Positions 10,316-20,564 are shown, counted from the first letter of the stretch. The stretch is 64,000 nucleotides of DNA from an uncultured delta proteobacterium (GCA_963755125.1 CAVWIP010000006.1:195560-259559); one strand, 5' to 3'. Program-made: numbers and translations. The notes: a model not told the origin generated them from the sequence alone.

Positions 10316-12899
10316 GCGACTCCGGGACGCCAGCCAAGAGATTGGCAAACAAGCGAAACGCGCCTGGAACGCCCGCGGGCAATTGCCGGAAGAACGCCAG
10401 AGCCGTGTAGATGAAGGTTCCCTTTCCGTACTGTGCGACGAGAATGCTGCCGGGCAGGGCGGGCTCACCGGGATCGCGCATGGAGATCACGGTTCGATAG
10501 CGGGCATCCCAATTGGAGGCAAAATAGAGGCCGCGCTCTTGCAACCAGCCCTGGAAATCGTGTTCGGTGATCTTGTTGGGGTAATTGAGGACGGAATGGG
10601 CCGGCGAGATGAATGTGACCGGCGCATTTTCGTCGGTCACCCGCTCGCGGCCGATCTCGAAAGGAAAAGGACCGATGGGCGTGGCCAGCGGGCTCAGACG
10701 GTTGTTGGTGTTGTACTGGACCACCAGCGTGCCGCCCGCCTGCACATAGGCCAAAAGGGCCGGGTGGGCGGCGCGCAGCCGTGCGCTGGCGTTGAAGGCG
10801 CGCACGCCGGTCACGATGGCATCGAAATTGGCGAAGGCGGAACCACTCTGGCTGGCAGCCGCGTCCGCCAGCGCGGAATCGCTGATGGCCGTCACGGCGT
10901 AGCCCGCCTGGCGGAGACTGGCGGGGATCTCGTCGCCGGGCCCGGGAATGTAGCCGATTCTGCTTCCTTTCCGTTCCAGCGGAAAGGCGACCAACTGCAC
11001 GTCGGCGTTGGAAAGAACCGTCTGAACCGGGATGTGGGCGTGCTCGATGCGGGTTTGGCCGAGCGAGAAACGATTTGGGCCGACCTCGGCCAGCAAATGC
11101 AAGACACCGTTTGCGGAAGACTGGTGGTCGACCTTGGTGGACGGCTGGACGTGGAAGAGCAACTCCTTCTCGTCGCCTTTGGCCAGAAGTTCAAAACGGG
11201 CGCTGGTGGGCGATACTGACCAGCCTGCAGGAATCTCGGGGCGCACGCTGCCCGAAATGGGCGCCGTCACCGCCGTGAGGCGAACTGCCAGGGTTCGCGG
11301 CTCGCCATTTGGCGAGACCAGCACGGAACTCGTGGGCCGAATCAGCACTGGGGGTGTGATTTCGAGGGGCCGATAGCGCTCGCCCGCGACCGGATCCGTC
11401 CACTTGAAGGTGATGGGTCGCTTCACAGTCAGCGTGGATGAGCCAACCGTAAGTACGAACTCGATGGCGAGCGGCGGCTCTGTTTCGGGCGTGCCGATGA
11501 GAACGGGATTCTCGACGTGGAAGAGTCCTGGCTCGGGAGGCGCGACAAGCCAGTAAGGAGTGGTCAGCGCCGTGCTATCCGGGACGCGCACGGTTCGCTT
11601 TACCTCAAGCGAGGTGAGCGCGCTCTTGCTCGTCGCAATGTCAGAGCCCGGGAAGCGGATCTCGCGTATAGTGAACTTCACGGGCGAGCGATTGATGGCC
11701 GTAGCCGTGACGTCCACAGTCCCGCCGGGCACGGCACGGAAATCAGCGGCGGTCGCTTCAACGAAAATTCCCGCGCAGGCCAGCACCAGTTCGCGCACCT
11801 GATTCTGTTTGTATGTACGCCATGCGACGTCGGCAATGGAGCCCAGAGCCTTGTCCAATTGCAGAAGGGTAGGGACGGTCTGGTAGGGCGCCGCAGGCAC
11901 GAATTGTCGCTGTGCGCGCTCGATCAGGCGCGCGACTGCGCTGCTGTTCTTGATGCGCGACCAGGGAAAGTCGATCCCGCCCAGTATGCTGCCGGCCAGC
12001 GGGGGAGAAGCGGGTGCCTTGTCCAGTAGCTTGAAGTACTCGACGATGGGCCCGCGCGTGCGTGCCACGCCGAACCCCTGGCTCTTGTGCATGCTGCGGC
12101 TGTCGGCCGCCATCTCGCCATAGGAAAGCCCCAACAACGGATTGTACTTGCCGACATCCAGTCTGAGGAACTTCGACAGATCCTCTTCCGGCTTGAGGTT
12201 CCAAGAAGATCGGTTCCAGAATAGCCGTTGCGCCTGCCAGGGCCGCACTCCTTGCCCGAGTTGCTCCGGGAAAGACTTCGGGTCAGCGGCCGCGCGAAAG
12301 GCCTCCAGCGCGAGCTGCGCCGAAGCCGTGTGGTGCCCGTGGGTGTCGGTCAGTTCGGGCGAGAAGCGCGTGATGATGATGTCAGGCTGGAAGCGCCGGA
12401 TGACCCAGACCACATCGGCCAGCACAGCGTCCTTGCCCCAGATGCGCAGGGTTTCCTCGGGCGTCTTCGAGTAGCCGAAGTCGCGCGCGCGGGTGAAGAA
12501 CTGCTCCGCCCCATCCACCCGGCGCGCAGCCAGCAGTTCCTGCGTGCGGATCACGCCCAGTTCCGCTCCCTGCTCTGCGCCGATCAGATTCTGGCCTCCG
12601 TCGCCGCGAGTCAGCGACAGGTAGGCCGTGCGCAGCGACGCCTCGTTGGAAAGGTAAGCGAGCAGGTTGGTGTTCTCGTCGTCAGGGTGCGCGCCGATGT
12701 AGAGCACGCTGCCCACCACGCCGAGCTTGCGCAGGGCCAGTTGGATCTGCGCACTGTCCAGCTCTGTTGGTCCAGCCTGTGCTTCATTGATTGGGAGAAT
12801 GGTCATGGACAGCAGGACGAGCGAGAAGAGAAAGCGGAAGCTTGTCCGGCGCGAAGGAGTCCTGCCGAGTATACTCAACCTCAAAAGTGGGCCGCGCAT
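10305..12899 (-). CDS. Secreted large PIG-L/LmbE-family deacetylase/amidase (start uncertain, 12806-12899)
   Basis: GAHPDDE, TRGDGGQN, RTQEL and HGHH motifs. N-terminal hydrophobic signal, beta-rich middle, C-terminal GATase-like domain. The upstream part of the 1274-aa ORF is bshC antisense shadow. Confidence 0.88.
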   Translation of the reverse strand: MRGPLLRLSILGRTPSRRTSFRFLFSLVLLSMTILPINEAQAGPTELDSAQIQLALRKLGVVGSVLYIGAHPDDENTNLLAYLSNEASLRTAYLSLTRGDGGQNLIGAEQGAELGVIRTQELLAARRVDGAEQFFTRARDFGYSKTPEETLRIWGKDAVLADVVWVIRRFQPDIIITRFSPELTDTHGHHTASAQLALEAFRAAADPKSFPEQLGQGVRPWQAQRLFWNRSSWNLKPEEDLSKFLRLDVGKYNPLLGLSYGEMAADSRSMHKSQGFGVARTRGPIVEYFKLLDKAPASPPLAGSILGGIDFPWSRIKNSSAVARLIERAQRQFVPAAPYQTVPTLLQLDKALGSIADVAWRTYKQNQVRELVLACAGIFVEATAADFRAVPGGTVDVTATAINRSPVKFTIREIRFPGSDIATSKSALTSLEVKRTVRVPDSTALTTPYWLVAPPEPGLFHVENPVLIGTPETEPPLAIEFVLTVGSSTLTVKRPITFKWTDPVAGERYRPLEITPPVLIRPTSSVLVSPNGEPRTLAVRLTAVTAPISGSVRPEIPAGWSVSPTSARFELLAKGDEKELLFHVQPSTKVDHQSSANGVLHLLAEVGPNRFSLGQTRIEHAHIPVQTVLSNADVQLVAFPLERKGSRIGYIPGPGDEIPASLRQAGYAVTAISDSALADAAASQSGSAFANFDAIVTGVRAFNASARLRAAHPALLAYVQAGGTLVVQYNTNNRLSPLATPIGPFPFEIGRERVTDENAPVTFISPAHSVLNYPNKITEHDFQGWLQERGLYFASNWDARYRTVISMRDPGEPALPGSILVAQYGKGTFIYTALAFFRQLPAGVPGAFRLFANLLAGVPESHAQ

Positions 12900-14518
12900 T
12901 TTCTGATTCCTACCTCGCGGGTGAGCCTGCTGCACACGCGTTCTTTGCGCCGGGGTTTCGCGACCCGGCCGAACGGCAAAGGGTGGCCCGGCTTGCTGCC
13001 GGTCGCAAGCTGCCGGCCGTTTTGCTGGATGTCCTGCGCGAGCAACAAGCTGTCCTGCCCGCCAGCGCGGCTCGCCAGGCGAATCTGGATGCCCTGGGAA
13101 GATGCGGCAGCGCTGTGGTCGCGACCGGGCAGCAGGTGGGACTTTTTCTTGGCCCGCTCTACACATTCTACAAGGCGGCCTCGGCGGTTGCCGTGGCGCG
13201 GGCCATCGAGGCCGAGTGTGGGATCCGTTGCGTGCCACTCTTTTGGCTGCAAACCGAGGACCACGATTTCGCCGAGATCCGCACCTGCGCCGTGGCGGGG
13301 CCGGATGGGCAGCCCGTGCAACTGGCTTTGGCCGAGGGCAACCAGGCGCAGGCCCGCGTTTCCGTGGCGCACCGGTGCCTGGGGCCGGAGATCGGCGCTG
13401 TGCTCGACCGATTGGCTGCTCTTCTCGATGGCCAGCCTGGGGCGGAAGAAGTGCTGGCGCTGCTGCGGGCAGAATATCGGTCCGGGCGGTCCCTGGCCGC
13501 GGCCTTTGCCGGGGTGCTGGCAACCCTGTTTGCCGACGAGGGATTGCTCTTCCTCGATCCGCGCGACGCGCGCATAGCGTCCCTGGCTGCGCCCATCTAC
13601 CGGTCGTGCATCGAGGACGCCGGTTTGATCGAACGACATTTGCAAGACCGTCAGGCTGCGCTCTCGGCGGCGGGATTTGCCACGCAGGTGCCGGTTCGCT
13701 CCTGTGCGTTGGTGTTCTTTCACCAGGGCAGCGCAGCCGGGCCGCGCTTTCGCCTGCAGAAGAATGAGCGCGAAGGCGCGGGGGACTGGATCTTGGCTGG
13801 GACGACTGAGACCGTAGCTCACGCCGAGTTGCTCGACCTGCTCGCGCGCGAGCCGTTGCGCTTCTCCACGTCCGCGCTCTTGCGCCCCATCGTGCAGGAC
13901 GCGCTTCTGCCAACCGCGGCTTATGTGGGCGGTCCCGGCGAGATCGACTACTTCGCCGAGTTGGGGCCGCTGTATTCGCACTTCGCGGTTCTTCCCCCGT
14001 TGCTGGTTCCGCGTGCGCGCTTTCGATGCGTGGACGCTCGCACGCGTCGCTGGCTGGAACAGTCCGGGCTGCGCGCTTCTGATCTGGCACATCCTGCACA
14101 TGAGGTCCGTGCCCGGCTGCAGGCAACACGCCCGACCGGCTCCCCTGATCCGCAGGAGCTGCGCGATCGCGTGGCCGGGCAGATCTTGCCCGCAGTGGAG
14201 GGAATCATCTCGGCCATTTCCGCGACGGGCGAGCACCTGCGCCGGCCGGTGCAGCGAACGCGGAATAGTGTGGCCCACGCCCTGGAACAGCTCATCGGGC
14301 GCTACGCGCGCGGGTTGCTCGAGCGCGATGAGGCGATGCAGCGAAGGATTCAGCAACTGGAGTTGGTCCTCAATCCTGGCGGTGTTGCGCAGGAGCGCTT
14401 CTACGGTTGGCCCTGGTTGGCCGGCCGCTTGGGCGTCGCAGTCTGCAAGCGCCTGGTGCTGGACCGGCTGGAGCAGGCCGGTGCCTTTGCCACGGACATC
14501 CTGGAGCTTCTGCCATGA
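12887..14518 (+). CDS. bshC: Bacillithiol biosynthesis cysteine-adding enzyme BshC
   Basis: VATGQQVGLFLGPLYTFYKA, FWLQTEDHDFAEI, LLRPIVQD, YVGGPGEIDYF and QER motifs. Start at GTG 12887 inferred. Confidence 0.92.
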   Translation: MGRAFSDSYLAGEPAAHAFFAPGFRDPAERQRVARLAAGRKLPAVLLDVLREQQAVLPASAARQANLDALGRCGSAVVATGQQVGLFLGPLYTFYKAASAVAVARAIEAECGIRCVPLFWLQTEDHDFAEIRTCAVAGPDGQPVQLALAEGNQAQARVSVAHRCLGPEIGAVLDRLAALLDGQPGAEEVLALLRAEYRSGRSLAAAFAGVLATLFADEGLLFLDPRDARIASLAAPIYRSCIEDAGLIERHLQDRQAALSAAGFATQVPVRSCALVFFHQGSAAGPRFRLQKNEREGAGDWILAGTTETVAHAELLDLLAREPLRFSTSALLRPIVQDALLPTAAYVGGPGEIDYFAELGPLYSHFAVLPPLLVPRARFRCVDARTRRWLEQSGLRASDLAHPAHEVRARLQATRPTGSPDPQELRDRVAGQILPAVEGIISAISATGEHLRRPVQRTRNSVAHALEQLIGRYARGLLERDEAMQRRIQQLELVLNPGGVAQERFYGWPWLAGRLGVAVCKRLVLDRLEQAGAFATDILELLP

Positions 14519-15675
14519 GCGCAGCTCCGCTGCGCATCGGCGTTGCGTGCTTCTCCACCTTTGGTGGCAGCGGCGTGATCGCGTCCGAGATCGGGATGTC
14601 GATGGCGCGACGGGGCCACCGGGTCGCCTTTCTCAGTGATCGGCCGCCGGCGCGCCTTGACCTGTCCTGTCCCGGCATTTCCTTTCACGCGGTCGCAGCC
14701 CTCGACTATCCCGTGCCGGCACAAAGCTCGTACGACCTGGCCCTGGCAGCCGAGATGATCGAGGTGGCACAGCGGGAACGACTGGACCTGCTTCATGTCC
14801 ACTACGCGGTTCCGCACGCGCTGGGCGCCTATCTGGCACGCCAGGTTCTGGGCGCCGCCGCGCCTAAGATCCTCACCACCCTGCACGGCACCGATGTCAC
14901 CCGCATCGGCGTGGACCCGAAGTTCTCGTCACTCACGCGCCTCGCAGTTCTGGCCGGTGACGGCATCACGGCGCCATCGCGCTGGTTGGCGGAGCAGGCC
15001 TACCGCCAGCTCGGTCTGCCACGCGCGACGACCATCGAGGTGATCCCGAACTTCGTCGACACCCATCGGTTTCGCCCGGCTCGCAGCAAGAGCGTGGCCG
15101 GAGAGAAGGTTCTGGTTCATGTCTCGAACTTCCGTCCGCTCAAGCGAGTCGAGGACGTGGTGCGCATCTTCGCGCGCGTGCGGGGCGAGATTCCGACCAG
15201 ATTGCACCTGGTCGGCGATGGTCCGGAACGCCCGCGCGTCGAGGCGTTGATCGACTCTCTCGCTCTGGCAGGCGAGGTGAAATTCTTCGGCGAGGGCGTG
15301 GACGTGGCGGATGTCCTGCAAGCGAGCCACGTGTTCCTATTGCCTAGCGAGACCGAAAGTTTCGGCCTGGGCGCGTTGGAGGCAATGGCCTGCGGCGTAC
15401 CGGTGGTGGCCTCAAACGTGGGCGGTCTTCCCGAGGTGGTGCTCGACGGCGAGACCGGTTTTCTGGCCCCGGTGGGAGACGTGGAGGCGATGGCGAAACG
15501 GGTGCGCCGGCTGCTCAGCGACGGGGATCTTCACGCCCGGATGTCGCGGGCCGCGCGCGACCGCGCCGAGGCGCAGTTCCAACTCGAACCGGCCGTGGCG
15601 CGCTACCAGGCGGCCTATCGTCGAATCATCGGCGGCGCTACAGCTTCTTCTTCCACTCGCCCAGCGCCTTCTTGA
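14515..15675 (+). CDS. bshA: N-acetyl-alpha-D-glucosaminyl L-malate synthase BshA
   Basis: GGSGVIASE, HVHYAVPH, TTLHGTD, HVSNFRPLKR and ESFGL motifs. ATGA overlap with bshC. Confidence 0.95.
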   Translation: MSAAPLRIGVACFSTFGGSGVIASEIGMSMARRGHRVAFLSDRPPARLDLSCPGISFHAVAALDYPVPAQSSYDLALAAEMIEVAQRERLDLLHVHYAVPHALGAYLARQVLGAAAPKILTTLHGTDVTRIGVDPKFSSLTRLAVLAGDGITAPSRWLAEQAYRQLGLPRATTIEVIPNFVDTHRFRPARSKSVAGEKVLVHVSNFRPLKRVEDVVRIFARVRGEIPTRLHLVGDGPERPRVEALIDSLALAGEVKFFGEGVDVADVLQASHVFLLPSETESFGLGALEAMACGVPVVASNVGGLPEVVLDGETGFLAPVGDVEAMAKRVRRLLSDGDLHARMSRAARDRAEAQFQLEPAVARYQAAYRRIIGGATASSSTRPAPS

Positions 15676-16492
15676 CGTCGGGTTCGAAGAAGAAGTACTC
15701 GGCCTTCTGGCCAAGCTGGTAGGCCTTTTCGGCCAGCGGGTACGCATCCTTGTAGTTGCCCTTGGCCGCGAGCAGCGAGGCCTTGATCCAGAGATTGAAC
15801 CAATCTTCTTTGAGGGCCAGCGACTGGTCGATGTACTTCAAGCCGGTGGCGTAGTCTTTCTTGTTATCCAGCATGTAGCGCGCAGCAAAGGCGAAGGTTC
15901 GCCAGGTGCCGTCGATGCTGGCGGCAATGTTGGCCAGGGCTTGCTCGGCGGTGTGGACCTGGATGGGGATGGGCAGGAGCAGACGCTCCCATTCCAGATT
16001 GAGCGTGGCCTCGTCGTCGGTGAAATCCGCGAAGACAAACGTCATGCGCTCGCGGAAGGGAGCAGACTTGGTTTGCACCTGCACGCGCAAGAGATCCAGG
16101 TCGGCCTTGTACTCGCGCCCCGTGCCAGCCTGGTCGGCCTTCTTGTTGAGCACCACGGTCCACGCGCCCTTGGAGGGGATGGTGAACAGGGCGTAGCTGC
16201 CCGCCGGCACGGGCTTGCCGGCAAAGACCACGTCCTTGCTGAAGCTGATCTTGGTGGCCTGATTGGCGCCGGTTCGCCACATCTGATCGAAAGGCACCAG
16301 GCCGCCCCAGATCCTGCGCCCCTTGACCGCCGGGCTGCTGTACTCGACCGACATCTCGGTCAGGCCCACCACCTGCGAGACCTTGGCCGAAGGACTGGGA
16401 CGCGGCAACTCGGGCTGGGACATGGCCAGAGAGGATAGCAGGAAAAGGGACGTACCAACCATCGCGGTGAAAGCAACACGGACGCTCGACAT
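15638..16492 (-). CDS. Secreted DUF2911-domain protein with TPR-like C-terminus
   Basis: Signal peptide, PRPSP, YSSPAVKGRRIWGGLVP, WRTGANQAT. Confidence 0.88.
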   Translation of the reverse strand: MSSVRVAFTAMVGTSLFLLSSLAMSQPELPRPSPSAKVSQVVGLTEMSVEYSSPAVKGRRIWGGLVPFDQMWRTGANQATKISFSKDVVFAGKPVPAGSYALFTIPSKGAWTVVLNKKADQAGTGREYKADLDLLRVQVQTKSAPFRERMTFVFADFTDDEATLNLEWERLLLPIPIQVHTAEQALANIAASIDGTWRTFAFAARYMLDNKKDYATGLKYIDQSLALKEDWFNLWIKASLLAAKGNYKDAYPLAEKAYQLGQKAEYFFFEPDVKKALGEWKKKL

Positions 16493-16647
16493 GTGAACAC
16501 GCTCCTTCCACGTCGCCGTCGAATTACCAGGCGGCAACCATGAAGGATCTAGCACGCCCGCCCGCTCATGCACGCGCAGGGCGCGACCGGTTGCTGCGCC
16601 TCCGCAAGAGGCACGTCACTTCGCGCAGCCCGACGGCATGACCGAGA

Positions 16648-17517
16648 TCACTCCTTCTCGCAGGCGCGGTAGGGCGAGAATTCCCGCCCCATGTCGCTGC
16701 TTCGGTAGGCTTGCAACTCGGCCGGAGTGTAGGCGACGGGGCTTCCACAGGGAAGCTGACTCTGGATGAATCTTTCGATCGCATTCGCCGCGCGCACGCC
16801 CTCGGGCGTGGCATCCGTCTCGCGCCAAAGCTGGAACAAGACGCGCCGGCGCTCGCGGGCTGAGTAGCGCGAATCCCCCCACAGGTCGGCAAGCGCCTCC
16901 GGCAGATGGACCAAGGACTTGCGTATGTCCTCCCAGCGAGCCGCCACGGCCAGCTTCATCCTGAACTCGAAAGTCGCAGCGAGAAAACGCGCCTTTTCCA
17001 CCCGATAGGGATCCTGACCCATGGCGCGCATGATCTCATCGGTCAGGTCCATCGTCACACCGGGGCCCCCGACGACCAGGCTGTCGGGCAGCGCGTAGCA
17101 GGAGGAGTTGAGCGGGCAGATCTCGGAGGGCTCCAACCTGTCGGCTGGCGAGCGGGGCGGCGGTGCGAGCGGCGCCGCGGGCTGCGGGCGCTTGGCCGCG
17201 CGGCCGAAGAGCAGGTCTTGCAGAGTCCCAGTCTCGCCCGTGGGAGGCACCGGTCTGCTCACCAACCCCACGTGATCGAAGAACGCCCGTCGATCATGAA
17301 AAGTGACCACGCCGTCCCGTGTGACTCTGGCCTCGAAGGCCTGCTCCTTGTACAGGTAGCCGTCTCCCGCGTGGCGAAGCCGGTACTCCGTTTGTGACAT
17401 GCCGGCCGGCGGCGCACGCGTCGTGAGCCAGATGGGCACGCCGGCGTCAGGATGCACCGCCGCGCCCGCATCGCCGGCCAGCGTGACGACTGTGATTAAG
17501 AACGCGAATCCCACCAT
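16648..17517 (-). CDS. Secreted hypothetical protein
   Basis: Signal peptide and a long ORF with GC-rich third positions. No motif recognised. Confidence 0.6.
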   Translation of the reverse strand: MVGFAFLITVVTLAGDAGAAVHPDAGVPIWLTTRAPPAGMSQTEYRLRHAGDGYLYKEQAFEARVTRDGVVTFHDRRAFFDHVGLVSRPVPPTGETGTLQDLLFGRAAKRPQPAAPLAPPPRSPADRLEPSEICPLNSSCYALPDSLVVGGPGVTMDLTDEIMRAMGQDPYRVEKARFLAATFEFRMKLAVAARWEDIRKSLVHLPEALADLWGDSRYSARERRRVLFQLWRETDATPEGVRAANAIERFIQSQLPCGSPVAYTPAELQAYRSSDMGREFSPYRACEKE

Positions 17518-17568
17518 CTGAGCATAAGCCAGCCAAGCCCGAAGCGCCCGTCCTGGCTGCTCGCCTCA

Positions 17569-18645
17569 TCAGGTGCCCAACCTACTCGAAGGAATGCCTT
17601 CGTGCATGTTGAGCACGACCTTAATGACGCCGGGATCTTCGCTGTCCACCAATTTGAAGGCTGCCGCGGCCTCTTGGACGGGCATTTCGTGCGTGATGAG
17701 CCGTTCGGGGTGAAGCAGGCCCTTGGCCAAGAGTCGCAGCGCGCGCGGAAATTCGCCTGCGGTCACACGCGTTGCGATGATCTCGCCTTCCTTCATCACC
17801 AGAGTCTTGAAGTGCACGGGCGTGAGCTGTTCGCCCAGGCCAGCTGTCACCACGCGCCCGCCCGGACGAATCATCTTTACGGCTTGGGCCAGCGGTGGCT
17901 CGCGGCCGGGGATCTCGTGGGCGTGCCCCACGCACTCGATCACGCAATCAACGCCCACGCCATGGGTCAGCTCGCGCGCGCGTTCCACCGGATCGTCATG
18001 GCGAATGTCGACCACATGATCCGCGCCCAAGGCGCGCGCGGTATCCAAGCGAAACGGGGCAAAATCGCAAACGATGGTGAAGGCCGCGCCGGCGCCGTGG
18101 CAGAGCACGTCGAGCACTGACAGCCCGAGCTTGCCCGCGCCCAGGAGCGCCACCGTCTCGCCCGGTTGCACGTGTCCGCGCTGCAGGACGTGGTGACCGA
18201 GCCCGTACATCTCGACCATGGGCACCACCTTCATCCCCACGTTGTCGGGCAGACGGTAAAGGTTGGCTTGCGGAACCGCCACGAACTGGCCAAAGCCGCC
18301 GTCAAGATCCAGTCCCAGCAACTTGAGCGTGGCGCAGCAGTTGATGTGTCCTTCCAGGCACGCGGGGCAGGCGTGGCAGGGCAAGATGGGATCCACGGCC
18401 ACTCGATCGCCGGCCGCAAGGCCGCGAACGTCCGGCCCGACTTCCTGGATCACGCCGCCGAATTCGTGACCCAAGATGGCGGGGAATCGCACTCGGCCGT
18501 GAAACTCTCCCCGATAGACGTGCAAATCGGTGCCGCAGATGCCGGCGTTGCTGATTCGCACCAGCACTTCGCCGCGCCGGATGTCCGGGTCAGGAGCGTC
18601 GCCAAAGTGCAAAGTTCGATCGCTGGTGAGAACGGCAGCTTTCAT
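17569..18645 (-). CDS. Zinc-dependent alcohol dehydrogenase (sorbitol/threonine dehydrogenase-like)
   Basis: GICGTDLH, GHE, CHACPAC...C, GAGKLG. Confidence 0.92.
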   Translation of the reverse strand: MKAAVLTSDRTLHFGDAPDPDIRRGEVLVRISNAGICGTDLHVYRGEFHGRVRFPAILGHEFGGVIQEVGPDVRGLAAGDRVAVDPILPCHACPACLEGHINCCATLKLLGLDLDGGFGQFVAVPQANLYRLPDNVGMKVVPMVEMYGLGHHVLQRGHVQPGETVALLGAGKLGLSVLDVLCHGAGAAFTIVCDFAPFRLDTARALGADHVVDIRHDDPVERARELTHGVGVDCVIECVGHAHEIPGREPPLAQAVKMIRPGGRVVTAGLGEQLTPVHFKTLVMKEGEIIATRVTAGEFPRALRLLAKGLLHPERLITHEMPVQEAAAAFKLVDSEDPGVIKVVLNMHEGIPSSRLGT

Positions 18646-18811
18646 GGCGTCTGGGGCTGCCCGCGAAGGGCGTCCGAGCTTACCGCAAAACGGCTGGAGC
18701 AGAGGAGGGCCCTTGGGCTGGTGAGGAGGGATGTCTCGGCGAACAGCCGCGCTGACGAAAAGATGACAATAGCCTGAATCCGGCAGCACGGCACAGTGCT
18801 CAGGCATGAAG

Positions 18812-18831
18812 ACTGAACGATTTCGTTCAGT
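18812..18831. promoter_or_regulatory. Perfect palindrome, candidate operator
   Basis: ACTGAACGA-TT-TCGTTCAGT between the divergent dehydrogenase and radical SAM genes. Confidence 0.55.
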
Positions 18832-18977
18832 TGGGCGTGTCAGGATTCTGCAAGCACAGCGGCCATCGAGGTTTCGCGTCGTCCGATGCAGAAGAACTGA
18901 TGGACGGGGCGGACTGGGGCTGCGAGATTCTATTCCTAGATGTTCAATCAGCGACGGCTGACGGCGGCCAAGGCAAC

Positions 18978-20414
18978 GTGAGAATTCGCTTCGTCTACCC
19001 GGATCCGAACCCTCGCGTGGGCTTGAGTGGACGGAGGGTTGAAAGCGCCGCGCTTCAGCTCTTGGCCGCGATCACGCCGCCCGAGCACGACGTTTCCGTC
19101 CTGCAAGAGCATCTGGGTGACGCGATTCGCTTCGACGACGCCGACGTCGATCTGGTGGGCATCTCCGCCATGACCATCCAGGCCCGCCGTGCCTACGAGA
19201 TCGCCGACGGGTATCGCAGCGCCGGCAAGAAGGTGGTCCTGGGCGGAATTCATCCCTCGGTGCAGCCCGCCGAGGCTCTACAGCACGCCGACGCGGTGGT
19301 GGTGGGCGAGGCTGAACCGGTCTGGTCGCAAGTGCTCGCAGATGCGGCGACGGGCAAGCTGCACGGCCTGTATCGCGGCAAGGAATACGCGGACCTTACC
19401 CAGCTTCCCGCCTACCGACGTGACCTGTTCCCTAAGCGGTCGACCTTGTCGCTCGCATCGGTGCAGGCGGCGCGGGGCTGTCCCTATGATTGCTCCTTTT
19501 GTTCGGCCACGTTGTTCTCCGGTCGCAAGTACCGCTACCGTCCGGTGGAGAACGTCATTGCCGAGATAAAGGCGCTGAAGACGCGCGTCATCTTCTTTCT
19601 CGACGACAACATCTTTTCCAGCGAGCCGTACTGCCGTGCGCTCTTCACCGAGATCAAGAAGCTGGATATCATCTGGGTCGGGCAGGCTTCACTGCACCTC
19701 ACCGCAGGCAACCCCAGCCTGCTCAAACTCGCGCTTGACAGCGGCTGCATCTCCCTCTTCGTGGGCATCGAGTCGCTGACCGCCTCCAACCTGAAGGCCA
19801 CCGGTTCGCTGGCCAAGAACCGGGTGAGCACGCCCGCAGAGATCGGAAAGAGCATCCGTGTCCTGCACGATCACAACATCGTGGTCATGGCGGGTGTGAT
19901 CTTCGGGTTTGATGACGACGATCCCGAGGTATTTGATCGAACCCGGGAATTCCTGATCGCGAACCGCGTGGGCCATGGATCCTTTTCGGCTCTCACGCCC
20001 TTCCCGGGAACCAAGCTGTTCGAGACGCTGCACGCCCAGTCACGCATCACAACCTACGATTGGTCGAAGTATGACGGGGCGACCGCGGTGTTCTTGCCCA
20101 AGATGATGACCGCCGAGCAATTGCAGGAAGGCACCCGCCAGATAGGCGTCAACTTCTACAGCACGCCGAAGATCCTTCGCCGCTTCTGGACGAATCGGCA
20201 TCATCCGCTTTTCTACCTGGCCACGAGTTTTGCCTGGAGGCATTCCAACCGTTTGGAGAACCATGTGCCGTTCCTGCGTTCCAGCGGTTCGTGGAGAGAC
20301 CACGGCAAGTCCTCCGCGCTCGCGATCGAGAGATCGGCCGAGCAGAGACTGCTCGCGTCCGCGGATGAAAGTGGCGAGCAAGAGATTGCTCGGGCTGTTG
20401 GGGTTCCCAGATAA
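18978..20414 (+). CDS. B12-binding domain radical SAM protein
   Basis: DLVGISAMT, VLGGIHPS, VVVGEAE, RGCPYDCSFC (CxxxCxxC), FLDDN, TPFPGT. Start at GTG 18978 inferred. Confidence 0.9.
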   Translation: MRIRFVYPDPNPRVGLSGRRVESAALQLLAAITPPEHDVSVLQEHLGDAIRFDDADVDLVGISAMTIQARRAYEIADGYRSAGKKVVLGGIHPSVQPAEALQHADAVVVGEAEPVWSQVLADAATGKLHGLYRGKEYADLTQLPAYRRDLFPKRSTLSLASVQAARGCPYDCSFCSATLFSGRKYRYRPVENVIAEIKALKTRVIFFLDDNIFSSEPYCRALFTEIKKLDIIWVGQASLHLTAGNPSLLKLALDSGCISLFVGIESLTASNLKATGSLAKNRVSTPAEIGKSIRVLHDHNIVVMAGVIFGFDDDDPEVFDRTREFLIANRVGHGSFSALTPFPGTKLFETLHAQSRITTYDWSKYDGATAVFLPKMMTAEQLQEGTRQIGVNFYSTPKILRRFWTNRHHPLFYLATSFAWRHSNRLENHVPFLRSSGSWRDHGKSSALAIERSAEQRLLASADESGEQEIARAVGVPR

Positions 20415-20564
20415 CGCGACTGGGGACCGTCTGGGGGCGGCCCACCGCCAGGTGAGTGGAGCCCGGGGGCAACGGGAAATGGCCCCCGTGCTGTCCCGAT
20501 ATGACGCGAGAAGTTTGCGTTTGCCGATTGTCGAACGCGTGCCGGAAGCGTAGCCTTATCGGTC

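Noticed and set aside
12900..14129. N-terminal extension of the 1274-aa ORF
   Set aside because: Antisense shadow of bshC in high-GC DNA. The recognisable protein starts at about 12899 or later.
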